63,235 bases of DNA, filler included, from Globobulimina sp. (GCA_003354225.1; 57 parts of 57 records of this genome joined end to end with filler, not necessarily neighbours in it), one strand, 5' to 3'; positions 24,463 through 37,021 are shown, counted from the whole stretch's first letter. Notes: a model not told the origin generated them from the sequence alone. Program-made: numbers and translations.

Positions 24463-25473
24463 AAATGACTCCAAATAATGTTCATTATTTCATCAGTCAA
24501 TCTTATATTTGCATTTCTGATTGCTTGCTGATACGACATTTTTGCAATTTGGGCCAAAATATGAACCTTTTTTTTATATCGCCGCTCATATATTGCATAC
24601 ATTTTGTGATATTTGAGGGAAATATGTATTGGAATACAACAACAGGCAATTTTTCCCAATTCGTCACAAAATACAAAACCATTGATATGTAATGCATTTC
24701 CATTATTATGTGTAATCTGTCTGTGTTTATAATTTCTTTTTTTGTGTTTACCATCATATCCTAATCCAGCATTTGGACCTCTTCTTCGGAATGAATATAT
24801 TCCATTATTTGATTTATTTTCATACAATGCTTCTAATGTACCGCCCCAACCTGATTTAAGCAACAATTTGCCACCAATACCATTGATCGTATATTTCACA
24901 AAATTGCTCAAAACGTTACTTGCATTGTTACAATGTGAACAAATCTGTTTACGTTTTGAATGCATAACATTGCCTAAATAAATGCAAATAATATCCATTA
25001 TATTATCTCGTAAATTTATATTACATCTTTTTATTGATTCTGTATAACATAGCTGTGCTATTTTACTGTCAATAAAATTATTTTTAATTCTTTGTTTATG
25101 GAAATAACTTTTATATCGTTTATAAATGTTTTGTGAATTTTTAGAAATATGTTTTGGAATACAACAACAATTTTGGTTAACTAATTCATTCGATATTTGT
25201 AACAATATCTCAATATCTTCTTCAATGGTAGTGGCGAAGTAAATGGTCTCTTTCAATGAATTTAACCCAGAACGCACTCTACAAACCGTATCTACATTTA
25301 ATTGCACTGCAACATATGCCAACGATATCTGTCCTGCAATGTTAAGTTTAGAATCACTTAAATCAGTGACTGAAACAGCAGCGCTTATCTGTCGGATTGG
25401 ATAATATCGTAAATTGTCAACATTTAACTGTTCCACTCGTAAAGCATAAATGCCTTCAATTTTAAACTCAACA
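24463..25473 (-). CDS. Protein with a G-patch-like motif between two copies of a CCCIPxHIS domain; partial
   Basis: GIGGKLLLKSGWGG..NAGLGY; CCCIPKHISK..IAQLCY..NINLRDNIMDII and CCCIPIHISLK..IAKMSY..NIRLTDEIMNII. Confidence 0.65.
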
Positions 25474-25573
25474 NNNNNNNNNNNNNNNNNNNNNNNNNNN
25501 NNNNNNNNNNNNNNNNNTTAATTAATTAANNNNNNNNNNNNNNNNNNNNNNNNNNNNNNNNNNNNNNNNNNNN

Positions 25574-26204
25574 TGCTTTTACAGATTATTTAATTCCATT
25601 ATTGAATGCAAAACAGACCAAACAGACAAGAAAGGATTTGGTGGCGTGGCTGCTTTCGTATTCACTCAGTTTCAAACGCAAAGGAGGTTGGATACAAAAG
25701 CTATCGATGGACCTCTGTCCGTATGTAAATGTGTTGCTCTTCAAACAAAATCTAGAACATTTTACTATGTTGAATGGAGCGACAAAGCTGAGCCTTAAAA
25801 TGTTTCAATCAGAATATTTATTCAATAATTTAAAAGAAATGATAGCATATTTTTATTGTTTTTCTGTGTATGATTACGAAACCACTAATAATGGCTGTGT
25901 CGCATATTTGTTATCCAATAAAGACGCGTATAAATCAATCGTATCTCAAGAATTATACACAAAGTTAACAAAAGATGACAAGAATGTGGGTGCATTAAGT
26001 GATAAATATGAATATTGTTTGGATGATTTAAATGTATTTGATGGACTGTCAAATTTCACCAATTTATGTGATCAGAGATTGTTTGAGTATTTAAAAGAGA
26101 ATTTGTCATTAATTTTGGGAGAGTTTGACTTTCAAATCTGGTTTGATAAACGTTCCTGGTGGAGACAGCAAATTAGAAATCTCATCGCAACCAAAAAAGT
26201 TTGA
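25574..26204 (+). CDS. Hypothetical protein, C-terminal part
   Basis: 200-codon ORF followed by T-rich UTR-like sequence. Confidence 0.5.
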
Positions 26205-26436
26205 CTGTGTCTGTCACCTTTTATTTCAGTTTTAGTTTACTTTTTGTTTACTTATTATTGCTTTTACTTTTCTTTCTTTTTATTTTAACTACTCGTTTGT
26301 ATAAGATTTGTTATATTTTGTTGATCTGACAATTAACTGTCAGATTTATTGGGTCGATTATCAGTGATTTCAAAATTTTGAGATTTTTTGGGTACCAGTA
26401 CTAGTACTACTTTTTTTCGATTTTTTGGATTCCCTG

Positions 26437-26584
26437 AAAAACAATATTTCCGTGAAAACAATAATTCCCATGATTCCCTTAAAAACAATAATTCCGATGA
26501 TTCCATTAAAAACAATAATTTCCATATTCCCTTAAAAACAATAATTTCCATGATTCCAATGAAACAAATAATTTCGTGATTCTG
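26437..26584. repeat. ~27-bp degenerate tandem repeat AAAACAATAATTCCCATGATTCCCTT
   Basis: About 5 copies running to the contig end. Confidence 0.85.
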
Positions 26585-27329
26585 NNNNNNNNNNNNNNNN
26601 NNNNNNNNNNNNNNNNNNNNNNNNNNNNTTAATTAATTAANNNNNNNNNNNNNNNNNNNNNNNNNNNNNNNNNNNNNNNNNNNNGATATTCGATTGGATT
26701 TGGAGTGGTTGCATAGATGATATTCGTTTATTGCAGAGGTTGCATATATTTGGCTGTTGATTAAAGGCATAGAACAGCTCTCGATATTGGGGTATCATGC
26801 TATCGTTTACATACTGAAAAAACAATGATTTTTCTAATTCACGGTGTTACAGTATATGCACAACATTTGCTTTATAAGTAAACATTTCTATGCTGCTAAA
26901 CAATCCAAGGGGTGGTTTTGGATTTGCCTGACTTTGTGGGTAATTCAAATAAGAATTGTGGAATCAGTGGAAATCATTTAAATCTGTGGAAATCACTGGA
27001 AATCATTACTATTTCATTCTTATTCAGCAATTCATGTTCATTGATACACGCAGCACCATATTTTTCATATATTTATACTGAATTCTACAAATTATAAAAT
27101 CATAAATAATATCAATAAAATGTAATTTGATGGATCCAGGCAATATTTTAGTATTTATACTATTTGAATAATAAAAACATACAGAAAACCAAAATAAAAA
27201 AGGACGAGAAGCTGCAGTATGGGTCATCCGAACCCATTACACCCCATTGGTTGGCCAACATTGCAAATTTCCCCATTGCAAATTTCCGGAAATTTGAATA
27301 GCTCTCTGTGCAAAAGCAATTGTTGAATA

Positions 27330-27415
27330 TTCATTTTATGTGTATAATAATCTTCGACGCCGTTAAAATATCCATAAGCACTTGTCAAACCTCTGAAAGT
27401 TGGCGTTATCATCAA
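27330..27415 (-). pseudogene. Arylsulfatase-like remnant
   Basis: TPTFRGLTSAYGYFNGVEDYYTH resembles the arylsulfatase PTxRGFDxFxGY..EDYY.H block. Confidence 0.45.
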
Positions 27416-27795
27416 CGTACATAGCTTATTTACTGGCTTCATTGTAAAATGTCACAGAAATGTATCAGTAAAAATTAAAAATTTACAACAAAACAAAAAT
27501 TAAAATTAAACTCAATCAAAAAATCAATAAATATAAAAGTCCGAACAACAATTAAGATTACAATTGGTCAATACATAAGGTATCTTCTTTAAAATCAGAT
27601 GAATTTGTTGTGATATTTAATGATATTTTAAATTGTGTTTGATTTAATTGATTTAACTCTTTATTCATTGAAATATATTCATTATAAATCCAACTNNNNN
27701 NNNNNNNNNNNNNNNNNNNNNNNNNNNNNNNNNNNNNNNTTAATTAATTAANNNNNNNNNNNNNNNNNNNNNNNNNNNNNNNNNNNNNNNNNNNN

Positions 27796-28594
27796 TCAGA
27801 AAATTTACTTTCTATTCTGTTAAAGTTGTATTTTACTGGGATTCCCATAGCCAACTGCGAATTATAAGCATTGACCAAACCTTCTTGAACATCCTTTCGT
27901 ACTACTTTTATTTTGCATTCCAACAATTTAAATTTAGGATCTTTAGTTACATCAGTACTATTGTACATAAGCCTGCAATTATTAAAGTTCGACATTGAAT
28001 GTAAACATTTAAAGGTACCTAAATTTGTCTTTGGCATGTCTCAGTGTAATTCGCATTCCGACTTTGTTAATAAGCATTTTCAAACTTTGCATCATGGGAA
28101 AGGGAAAACGTCCAAAGGTTTCAATCGCTCTGCCATTTGACAGCCAATTCATTCTTGTTAAAAAGCCTTGATTTCTTGTCTTTGATTTATCTAATTCTAG
28201 AGTATCATATTGGCCATTTGTGTCTTTCGCAGAACACAGCGATTCACCTAGCCAAGATTTGTTGGGACTCGAACCATAACTGTATACATAATGGAAATAA
28301 GCATACCAGGGCCAATTTCCTAAAAGGTGTAAAATTTAGGAAACTGTTCATTCCAAACTTTAAGCTTTTACCATTTGTAAGAAATGCTATTTTGTCCCCG
28401 ACCTGAACAATAACTTCTTCCCACATAGAAAAATGTGCCATATTTATAGGTGCACAGGAAAAAGTATCAGGCAGAGCCTTGTCCGTTTTGGCATCATACA
28501 GTTTCCATTTACTCCACAAATCGATATCGAATGATGTCAAACTATGAGATGAAGGGTCGATTTCGAAAACAACTTCTTGAATATAGAGCCACAT
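27796..28594 (-). CDS. Second Polinton/Maverick (adintovirus-type) major capsid protein, spliced: introns 28320-28371 and 27973-28018; partial
   Basis: EVVFEIDPSS..KWKLYDAKTDKALP..APINMAHFSMWEEVIVQVG..TN/GNWPWYAYFHYVYSYG..AKDTNGQYD..NQGFLTR..IETFGRF..KMLINKVGMRITLRHAKDKF/RLM..KFKLLECKIKVVRKDV..AYNSQLAMGIPVKYNFNRIESK; 52- and 46-nt GT-AG introns restore the frame. Confidence 0.82.
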
Positions 28595-30017
28595 GATCTA
28601 AGCTGATGTGAAAGCCAATTTATGCTTTAAATTCCACGTGATGAGAGCCAATGAACCAAAAACCGCGCCGAGCTGACCCCTCCATGAAATCTCAGCCTCT
28701 CAGAAGCAGGAGCTCTTCTACACGCAGCTGAGAAAGTCGGTCAAGCTCAAGGAAGACGTCGGTCAGTACCGACGCGCCGCTACCGGGCATCCCGATCACA
28801 CCTACGNNNNNNNNNNNNNNNNNNNNNNNNNNNNNNNNNNNNNNNNNNNNTTAATTAATTAANNNNNNNNNNNNNNNNNNNNNNNNNNNNNNNNNNNNNN
28901 NNNNNNTGACACTGCAAAATAGTTATAATCATCTATGAACGGCGCCATGTTACTCTAATGGAATTAGAAAGATATGCGATTTTACAGATAATGCCTGTTA
29001 AAGAGCGTTTTTATTCAGGCAGGAATATTCTTTTGTATGTATTTATCGATCCAGGAGAGTGCCCAGCCTAGCTCACATTGATCTGCAGTATAGAACGGGG
29101 GTGGCTGTTTATTCGACGCGACTGAGCTCTTTCGTTTATGATTTTTAGTAAATGTATATTCTTCTATAATGTATATTTCAGAGGCGTTATAAACAATCAA
29201 CGGGTGATGATTTCTGCCATCAATAGGCGTCTACTGTCCAATAAGCCTCAAGGCGTAATGTGGAGAGAAATCCACCATTAATAGGCGTCTACTCTCAAAT
29301 ATCCCGAATGTATTAAATTCTCTTGTGATTTTGAGGAATGAGCCTCAAATAATATAATAAAAATAACTGAAAATATTGTTTATTCATATGCTTCAATGCT
29401 GCGCAATTGTCAGTCTGCTTATAATGACAACAATAACATGTTTGGTTCTATAATAACCTTTCGTGCATTGTTACGATACTGTTCATCTCTTCTTGTTTAC
29501 AAGCGCAATGTGTGCACATATTCAGAATGATGTTTTCTCGAAAACAGCGCTGATTCAACAATGTTGAACCCTACTCGTCAAATTATAATAGTGGCTATAG
29601 TAGCTATAACCAATTACAGCGGCCTACTTCTTGCACAAAGCGCGGGAAACCGTAAACAACTAAACCCCTCTCACCTTGTAGTATTACAGGCACCAACGCG
29701 ACTTTACATTCCCCTAGGATGAACCCTACTCAAGAAAAACTAATTGTTGTAACTAAAACTTGTTGAACTAATTTATTTTAGTACTACACTCTACTTTATT
29801 TTGCCGAAAAGACAATAGAATATTGTTAAATAACGCTGTTAGATTGCGAATTGTCGAAGTGATAGATGTGGAAAATAGATTGATGTTAGAAAATGTTGAG
29901 CTTAATGATGCTTATAANNNNNNNNNNNNNNNNNNNNNNNNNNNNNNNNNNNNNNNNNNNNTTAATTAATTAANNNNNNNNNNNNNNNNNNNNNNNNNNN
30001 NNNNNNNNNNNNNNNNN

Positions 30018-30575
30018 TTTAAAACATAATTTATCAATAAAATTTGTTAATGCTTTGCCTCGTTCTCTATTTATGGCAAAATGTATACGTAATTGTTGCA
30101 AAAATTTACCGTTTGCATTAAGATATTCTTTTTTGTTTCTATCGATTTCGCCTTCAATGTCTGCAATTCTTTTAATTACAGAGTGCAAATGTTCTTTTTT
30201 AATCTGTTTAAGTGCTTTTAACGGCCATTGATTGACAATAAGAGCAACTGTACGGATATTTTGTTGCTTTGAAGTATTACATGACGTGAAACACCACAAT
30301 GAATTTAATTTATAATGAACAATATTTTCTATATTGTCTGAATTCAATGAAATCGTTTTTTGATTTTGTGCATATTCTTCTAATGATTTGTCCATTTCAT
30401 GACATGATTTTGATTCGGTTTTATAATGATTATCACCACACAATTGAAAAAATGACACAGTTTGGAGCTCAGATAAGTTATTTTCTTTTGCTATTTCTGT
30501 CCTTGCATTCTCATTGGATTCACATAAATGTTTCACGAAAGCACCCAAACTTTCATACAATTCATTGGCATTCAT
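30018..30575 (-). CDS. Hypothetical protein, partial
   Basis: Long ORF; likely start at MNANELY; no recognised motif. Confidence 0.4.
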
Positions 30576-31474
30576 TTTTTTGCCATAAAACGCAAAGTGA
30601 AAATAAACATTTTCAAAAAACTGTAGCTGCCGGATTTGCATAATGAACAAGAATATTCTGCAAACATTTATACCCATTAAGAATTCCCATTTTATAACAC
30701 CAAAACTGACAAATGTATCGGATATGTTTTGGTTGAGTACAAACAATGATTCATTCAATTATATTTATACCGCGTTAACCGGCCAATTACAATCCAATTT
30801 GACAGAGAAAAATGTATTGTGGTCGCAATTTATAACATTACAAAATCTTAGAAAATATACTTTTGTGAATTTGCACTCTCAAATGAATCAAATACAATTA
30901 TTCCAAGACCATATACAGCGACCATCTGAATTGAAAAACGTTTTTCTATCACAATTGCCGGTTACTACAGTAAAATTGCCTATATTTAATCAGTTAAAAC
31001 CTGCAAAATATGCAGAATTTATCAGATCNNNNNNNNNNNNNNNNNNNNNNNNNNNNNNNNNNNNNNNNNNNNTTAATTAATTAANNNNNNNNNNNNNNNN
31101 NNNNNNNNNNNNNNNNNNNNNNNNNNNNATGACTTTTTTGGTCTTGCTGCTATAATGGTTGGTTAAAGAATGAGCATGCGGTGAATGTAGCAATTAAAAA
31201 AAAACATTCCTCGATTTGGTCAACATTGTACGACTGCACCATAAAATCGTGTAATAACTCAATGTTATATACACAGCACGTTTAAATGCGAATACATAAA
31301 ATAAATCAAATACATAAAATAAATCCGATACATAAAATAAATCAAATTCAATTTCCATATAGTGTTTAGAAGTGTGAACCTAAAAAGTCAAATATTTACA
31401 TTTTTTGGTGTTGTTTTGAAAACTATTGTTTTGAAAACAACCCAACTTTCACACCCTTGTTATTTTTCAAAGAA

Positions 31475-32053
31475 TTACTTTTGATCACGCTTTGCTTTGC
31501 TTTGCTTTTGACACGAACCATATCCCGTTGTTCGCTTGATTCTCATTAGCGATTCGCTCACCGCCTTTTGCAAATCAATCTTGAATACAAGTATTCCAAT
31601 CAATATAATACTACTCAAAAAATATCCAAACCCAATGAACCACCATAATGTATATAAACCATAATTAGAATACGCTCTCAAATCGAAATAAAACAATAAA
31701 ACGCACCCTATTGGCAATCCAATACAATAATGTGATACAAGCACAACATAAGCAGTAACTTGCGGATAACCTAAGCCTCGAAAGGTCCCTGACATTACAA
31801 TATATAAATTGAATGAGAGCATTCGTGGTATTAAAGCAATGACCACCAGAGACGATGCTAATTCAACAACATTTGCTTCATGAGTCCATATTTTAATTAA
31901 TGAATCTCTGGCAACATACAAAACCACTGCAAAACATAGCATAGTAATACTATTCGCGATAATAGTGCACTTTGCTACTCTTTTAGCACCATATAATAAT
32001 CCTGCTCCTATGTATTTGCCTAATCTTATATTGACAGCATTGCCCATTATCAT
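31475..32053 (-). CDS. MATE-family efflux transporter, C-terminal part
   Basis: AVNIRLGKYIGAG, MSGTFRGLG.P, HYCIGLPIG, GLYTLWW. Confidence 0.9.
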   Translation of the reverse strand: MIMGNAVNIRLGKYIGAGLLYGAKRVAKCTIIANSITMLCFAVVLYVARDSLIKIWTHEANVVELASSLVVIALIPRMLSFNLYIVMSGTFRGLGYPQVTAYVVLVSHYCIGLPIGCVLLFYFDLRAYSNYGLYTLWWFIGFGYFLSSIILIGILVFKIDLQKAVSESLMRIKRTTGYGSCQKQSKAKRDQK

Positions 32054-32265
32054 ATCAATGTGGAGCCCATGGGGCCGGGAACAACCGGTATGGGAAATTT
32101 CGATAACAATATTTTAAGATTCGAGATTGAAGAAGCGGCNNNNNNNNNNNNNNNNNNNNNNNNNNNNNNNNNNNNNNNNNNNNTTAATTAATTAANNNNN
32201 NNNNNNNNNNNNNNNNNNNNNNNNNNNNNNNNNNNNNNNAATGTGATTATGATAAAATTAGTGAT

Positions 32266-33070
32266 ATGCCAAATAACGAAGACGATGTAAAAGAAGCATA
32301 TACAAATGATGAGAAATACGACGAATCGTTAAATTTATGCACAGCAATGAAAAGGCTCCACATTGTATTGCAATATTTTGAGAGATTAACAGCGAATGTT
32401 AAGTGTTTCTGTGCGTTTATTTTTATGTTGTATATGTTTTATTTTTTTGTATATATACAGTTAGCAAACACACACAATACATATCCTCATACAATCCAAC
32501 AATTTTTGCAATCTTTGCCAGATTATGGAGTGGTGGAGTTATTGAATGATACACAGCATATCATTAGACATCAAACGCATCGCTTATGTAAAAATGGCAA
32601 AGCTTGCGTTTTGTTGAAACGAGCATCGCGATCTAGAGATAATGACTCGAATCTATCACAAAATGATAAATTGCTATTGTTCAATACTAACATAGCAAGT
32701 GATTGTATTTATATATCAATGTTGGATGAGGCACACGTTTTGTCCACACACTCAAAATATGATATTGTTACAGATACTTTCGTGAAATCATTAGCTAAAA
32801 ATGTCACAGATATTCAACAATATCACATCAATTGTAACCGCGATACGCAACTCTCTGTGTTTAATACCGGTGTATATATCAATTATGTGGAGACAATCCC
32901 TTTGTATCCAAATCTAAAACATGAAATAACGCGCAATGTATTGCATTCTATATCCACGGAGCAATTTGAAGATGAATTGAAATCCAGCAAATTCTTTATG
33001 AAAACTAACAATGTCGTCAACAAATGGCGAGCTTCAAAGACCGACAAACATCATGGAATCATAACCATAA
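32266..33070 (+). CDS. Hypothetical protist protein with a 63-nt in-frame intron (32398-32460); fused to a GC-rich foreign tail from ~33072
   Basis: T-rich GTTAAG...TACAG segment; abrupt GC shift near 33072. Confidence 0.6.
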
Positions 33071-33409
33071 CTCGGCCGTTCCAGGAAAAGCAATTCCCCC
33101 AACTCGGCAATGGTTTGATCCCACATCCCATCCAGCATCTCAACGGCCGTGAAGACCTCATCGACCATTGGTTCACCCGTGGACGCGATTCTCTCCAGCA
33201 GCGGTTTGACCTGCAACCGCAATTTCGCCAGCAGTGCCGTATGTCGGTCTNNNNNNNNNNNNNNNNNNNNNNNNNNNNNNNNNNNNNNNNNNNNTTAATT
33301 AATTAANNNNNNNNNNNNNNNNNNNNNNNNNNNNNNNNNNNNNNNNNNNNCTATATCGAGGTCCCGTAATGTTAGAGGATCTATGTGGTATCTTGATGAG
33401 ATTCCGGCT

Positions 33410-34361
33410 TCATCCTTTATTAAGACAACGATAGCAATGACCTTTAATTTTATCCCTGCGTGCTTTAAGGGTTGTATATTCAGTACATTCATCAGGCCAA
33501 TGTGGTTTTGTACAGTACACACATGATTTAGGACTGCGGGAATTAAATTTAGGCTTACCTGGGGTTTCAAACTTACCCTTAGATCCAGATCCGACAAACA
33601 GAGCTTCAGTCGTTGCTTTGTATCCACCTTTTTCTGAGCCATGATTTGGTTTTGGTGGATTTGAATAATTAGTGCTTGAGGCACCTGGGACCACTGCTGA
33701 TTCACTGGCAATGATATATTCACCCAATAGATTTCGCAAATTTCTCACTGTCCATTCAGTTGCCGAACCTTTATGCATATTGAGCTGTCGGAGAACATCA
33801 GTAGGTAATTTGCATTTTATCATAGAGACAAATTGTGGATGGTCCACATCTTGACCAATTGCTTCCAGACTTCGCATATGTTGTTCCACACTGTCATAGA
33901 ATTGGCGTAATTTATGCACTTGATTTGAAGTTGCGGGCAAATTAGTGAGCTTCATGTAGTGGGCATCAATAATAGCCTGTGGATCTCCAAATCTTGTTTT
34001 TAATAAATTCAATGCCACTGTATAATTTTCATTTGACAGTTGGATTCCCGAAATGGCTGTCAATGCTTCGCCTGACAATTTGCTCTTCAAATAATTGAAT
34101 TTGACTATTGAGTCCATATCTTCCCTTTTGTTAATCACCGAATTAAATGAATCCCAAAATTCAGTCCACTTCATTTTATTCCCATTAAATGTTGGCATTT
34201 CCAACTTGGGCATATGAGTGGCGATAGGAATAGTACTACGACCAGTACCAGTTGAAGGATTTCTTCTTTCAGTTGTTGTGGATGTACTTGCCACATTATT
34301 CTGATTGGCCATCAACTGTTGTACCTGTTGTTGAATTCTCTGCATTTCTGGATTTGGTACA
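33410..34361 (-). mobile_element. BEL/Pao LTR retrotransposon gag (DUF1759 plus zinc knuckles), partial
   Basis: LEMPTFNGNKMKWTEFWDSFNSVI..KFNYLKSKLSGEA..NYTVALNLLKTRFG; CVYCTKPHWPDEC; CYRCL. Confidence 0.92.
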
Positions 34362-35025
34362 NNNNNNNNNNNNNNNNNNNNNNNNNNNNNNNNNNNNNNN
34401 NNNNNTTAATTAATTAANNNNNNNNNNNNNNNNNNNNNNNNNNNNNNNNNNNNNNNNNNNNCACGTTAACTACGCAATTACTGTATACAAATACCAATAC
34501 AACTATGAAATCGTTGCAATCAAATACTAATTCAATGTATTCGAGAAGAAGAATTGAGACAAAATATATGATGACAACAATTTTAGTCTTTTCATCGATC
34601 AACCTTGCTCGTTTTGATTTTTTCTTTTTTTTCTTTGTATTTGATAGCGATTGACTATCCTAATTACTCTCATCATCAGCTTGCGCTAAACACCATCCTG
34701 GTAATTGTTTTTGCCTTGGAATTTTCCCAGGTGTCGCATATAACATAAAACCCGTAAAGCATGTCGATGTGAACAGTGAACAATCTCAGTACTAGCTTTC
34801 CCAATATATGAGTCTTAAAATCAAGAGAACACTGTGTATCATTCCAACGCCATCTCTGTTATGTCTATGGATGTTGTCACTGTTATTTCTGTGGATGCTC
34901 ATTCCATTGTTATTTTATAGTTTTATTGAATCACAAGAATTAAAATTAGCCCGTTCTTTTAAAATAATGAATCGGATCACACTTTTGTATTATTAATCTC
35001 TGGAATATCATATCCAATCCATCAA

Positions 35026-35472
35026 ATGTTTAACTTTGATTTTTCAGGTTATTGCTCCGATTTTAATGTAAAGCAAATAACAGCGCCAATAGCATTGGGT
35101 TCGTACATGATATCATTAGTTTGTATTTGTGGTTGGTATTTGGTTCGATATATTGTATCATTTTCTGTATCGACTGCAATGTCATTTATCCTGATCATAG
35201 GAATATTGATTCAATTTATTCCTGTTTTTATCACCATTGATTATTCAATAAAAGTGTGGTGGGCTCTACTCAATGAACCCGCGCATTATTTAGAAATTCA
35301 ACAAAATTTATCCATCACATTTTTAACATTTACTATTATGAATATAGTGTACAACATAGCTTTGTTATGCTTGTTTTTAAGAAAGATATATTTCCTAAAA
35401 CGAAAAGTCAAAAAATCAGATATAAATAATGTGTTACAGCCTTCTATCATATATTCATTATGTTTAACTGTG
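35026..35472 (+). CDS. Multi-pass membrane protein fragment (GPCR-like)
   Basis: Several hydrophobic helices; LLCLFLRKIY. Confidence 0.45.
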
Positions 35473-35903
35473 NNNNNNNNNNNNNNNNNNNNNNNNNNNN
35501 NNNNNNNNNNNNNNNNTTAATTAATTAANNNNNNNNNNNNNNNNNNNNNNNNNNNNNNNNNNNNNNNNNNNNATGCCGATACTTTGTAAACTTTTATACT
35601 TCCAAAGTCAGCAAATATTGTTATGGGAAATATATTTTTCTAAAATTATGATGAAAAAAGACAGTCTGTTTTGGTTTGTGGTTACAGGGTGTATCGGATG
35701 AGACTCGTGAGAGGTACTTTTATAATGTATGATATCACGGTTTACAACTTCAAAACTTTAAGAATCATTTGCATTCCACCTTTACTTCTTGTTCCTCATC
35801 CCCATCATCATTTTTTTCAACCCTAAATAATCTATAAAATAATCATTCCAAACCAGGTTCCAGCCCAACAGTTGACAGAAACGGTTTGCTGGAATATTTA
35901 GTT

Positions 35904-36400
35904 TTATTCTTTCCAATTGATTATTTTAACAGTGGTATATAGTTTATGACATCGTGGACAATGTTTTACATCCATATTTTTTTCACATACATCACAAACA
36001 ATGATCGCATCCATCCAGGAAAACTATATTTGGTCTCTTTGCACAGCAACAACAGCATTCAGATAAAAGCTTTTATGCGTGCTTTATCCGATTAATTCCA
36101 GATTGTAAATTTGTTTCCAAGTTATGCAATTCATTTAAATTCATTGTATGCACATCCTCTGATTCACCATAACATAGATCTATTTGTGTCTATTTGCTTT
36201 GTTTTCAGCGCAAACAGCACCTCAAAATCTTGTATTTCACATTGCAAATCGTCATTTTCAAGTTCTAAGCACTTATTATTCTTTTTCTCATTATTTAATT
36301 GCTTGACAGCAAAACTCTTTTCATTGTTTGATTTATTTAATGCACGATTTAATTGGGCGTTTGCTACTTTTAAGTGATCATTTTCTTTTTTCATTTCTGT
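35904..36400 (-). pseudogene. Coiled-coil plus C-terminal RING finger gene with disrupted frame
   Basis: ECCCCCAKRPNIVFLDGCDH, then a frameshift to VCDVCEKNMDVKHCPRCHKL. Confidence 0.6.
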
Positions 36401-36465
36401 GAAATAATTGATATGATCCACAAACGGATCGGACTTATTTTCTGTGACATTTATGTTATGATTAG

Positions 36466-36583
36466 TTGGATTGGAACATTGCATTGCAAATATGTTCTTT
36501 GTTCCTCTTGGAATTCTCGCTGGTGCTAACGTGACAATGGGACAGTTTGTACTCAAGAACCTCATCCCAGTAACACTTGGAAA
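36466..36583 (+). CDS. Formate/nitrite transporter (FNT family) exon fragment
   Basis: GLEHCIANMFFVPLGILAGANVTMGQFVLKNLIPVTLG(N), directly after a TTAG acceptor-like site at 36462-36465. Confidence 0.85.
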
Positions 36584-36995
36584 NNNNNNNNNNNNNNNNN
36601 NNNNNNNNNNNNNNNNNNNNNNNNNNNTTAATTAATTAANNNNNNNNNNNNNNNNNNNNNNNNNNNNNNNNNNNNNNNNNNNNTTCGATCCACCACACGC
36701 CATCGTTCTGATAATATTATATTTTTTCATTCACAAAACACAAACAAAACAAAACATAATCAAAACGTATCTGATTTTAGTTTTTTTGCTTTTCGCCATG
36801 TCTCATGATTTTAACATCCAGCTTACTACAGTTTTTAATTAAACATCTTAAACATCTGAACATGTACAAACAAAAGGGAATTATAATTTGATGATTAGGA
36901 AATTGCAATTCTAGCAGCAGCAGCTTGCGCTATAGCTATTTTTTTTTATTTTTTTTAAATGTATAAGATTTGAGGAAGATCGGAAGAGAAAAATA

Positions 36996-37021
36996 GAGAG
37001 AGAGAGAGAGAGAGAGAGAGA
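36996..37021. repeat. (GA)n microsatellite
   Basis: Direct reading. Confidence 0.9.

Noticed and set aside
28660-28806. GC-rich tail as part of the capsid locus or as HGT cargo
   Set aside because: Abrupt GC shift at a contig end, as also seen at ~33072-33250 and ~32057-32139; best explained as an amplification chimera
32266-33250. Single 346-aa fusion protein
   Set aside because: The ORF reads through a 63-nt in-frame intron and a chimeric GC-rich tail
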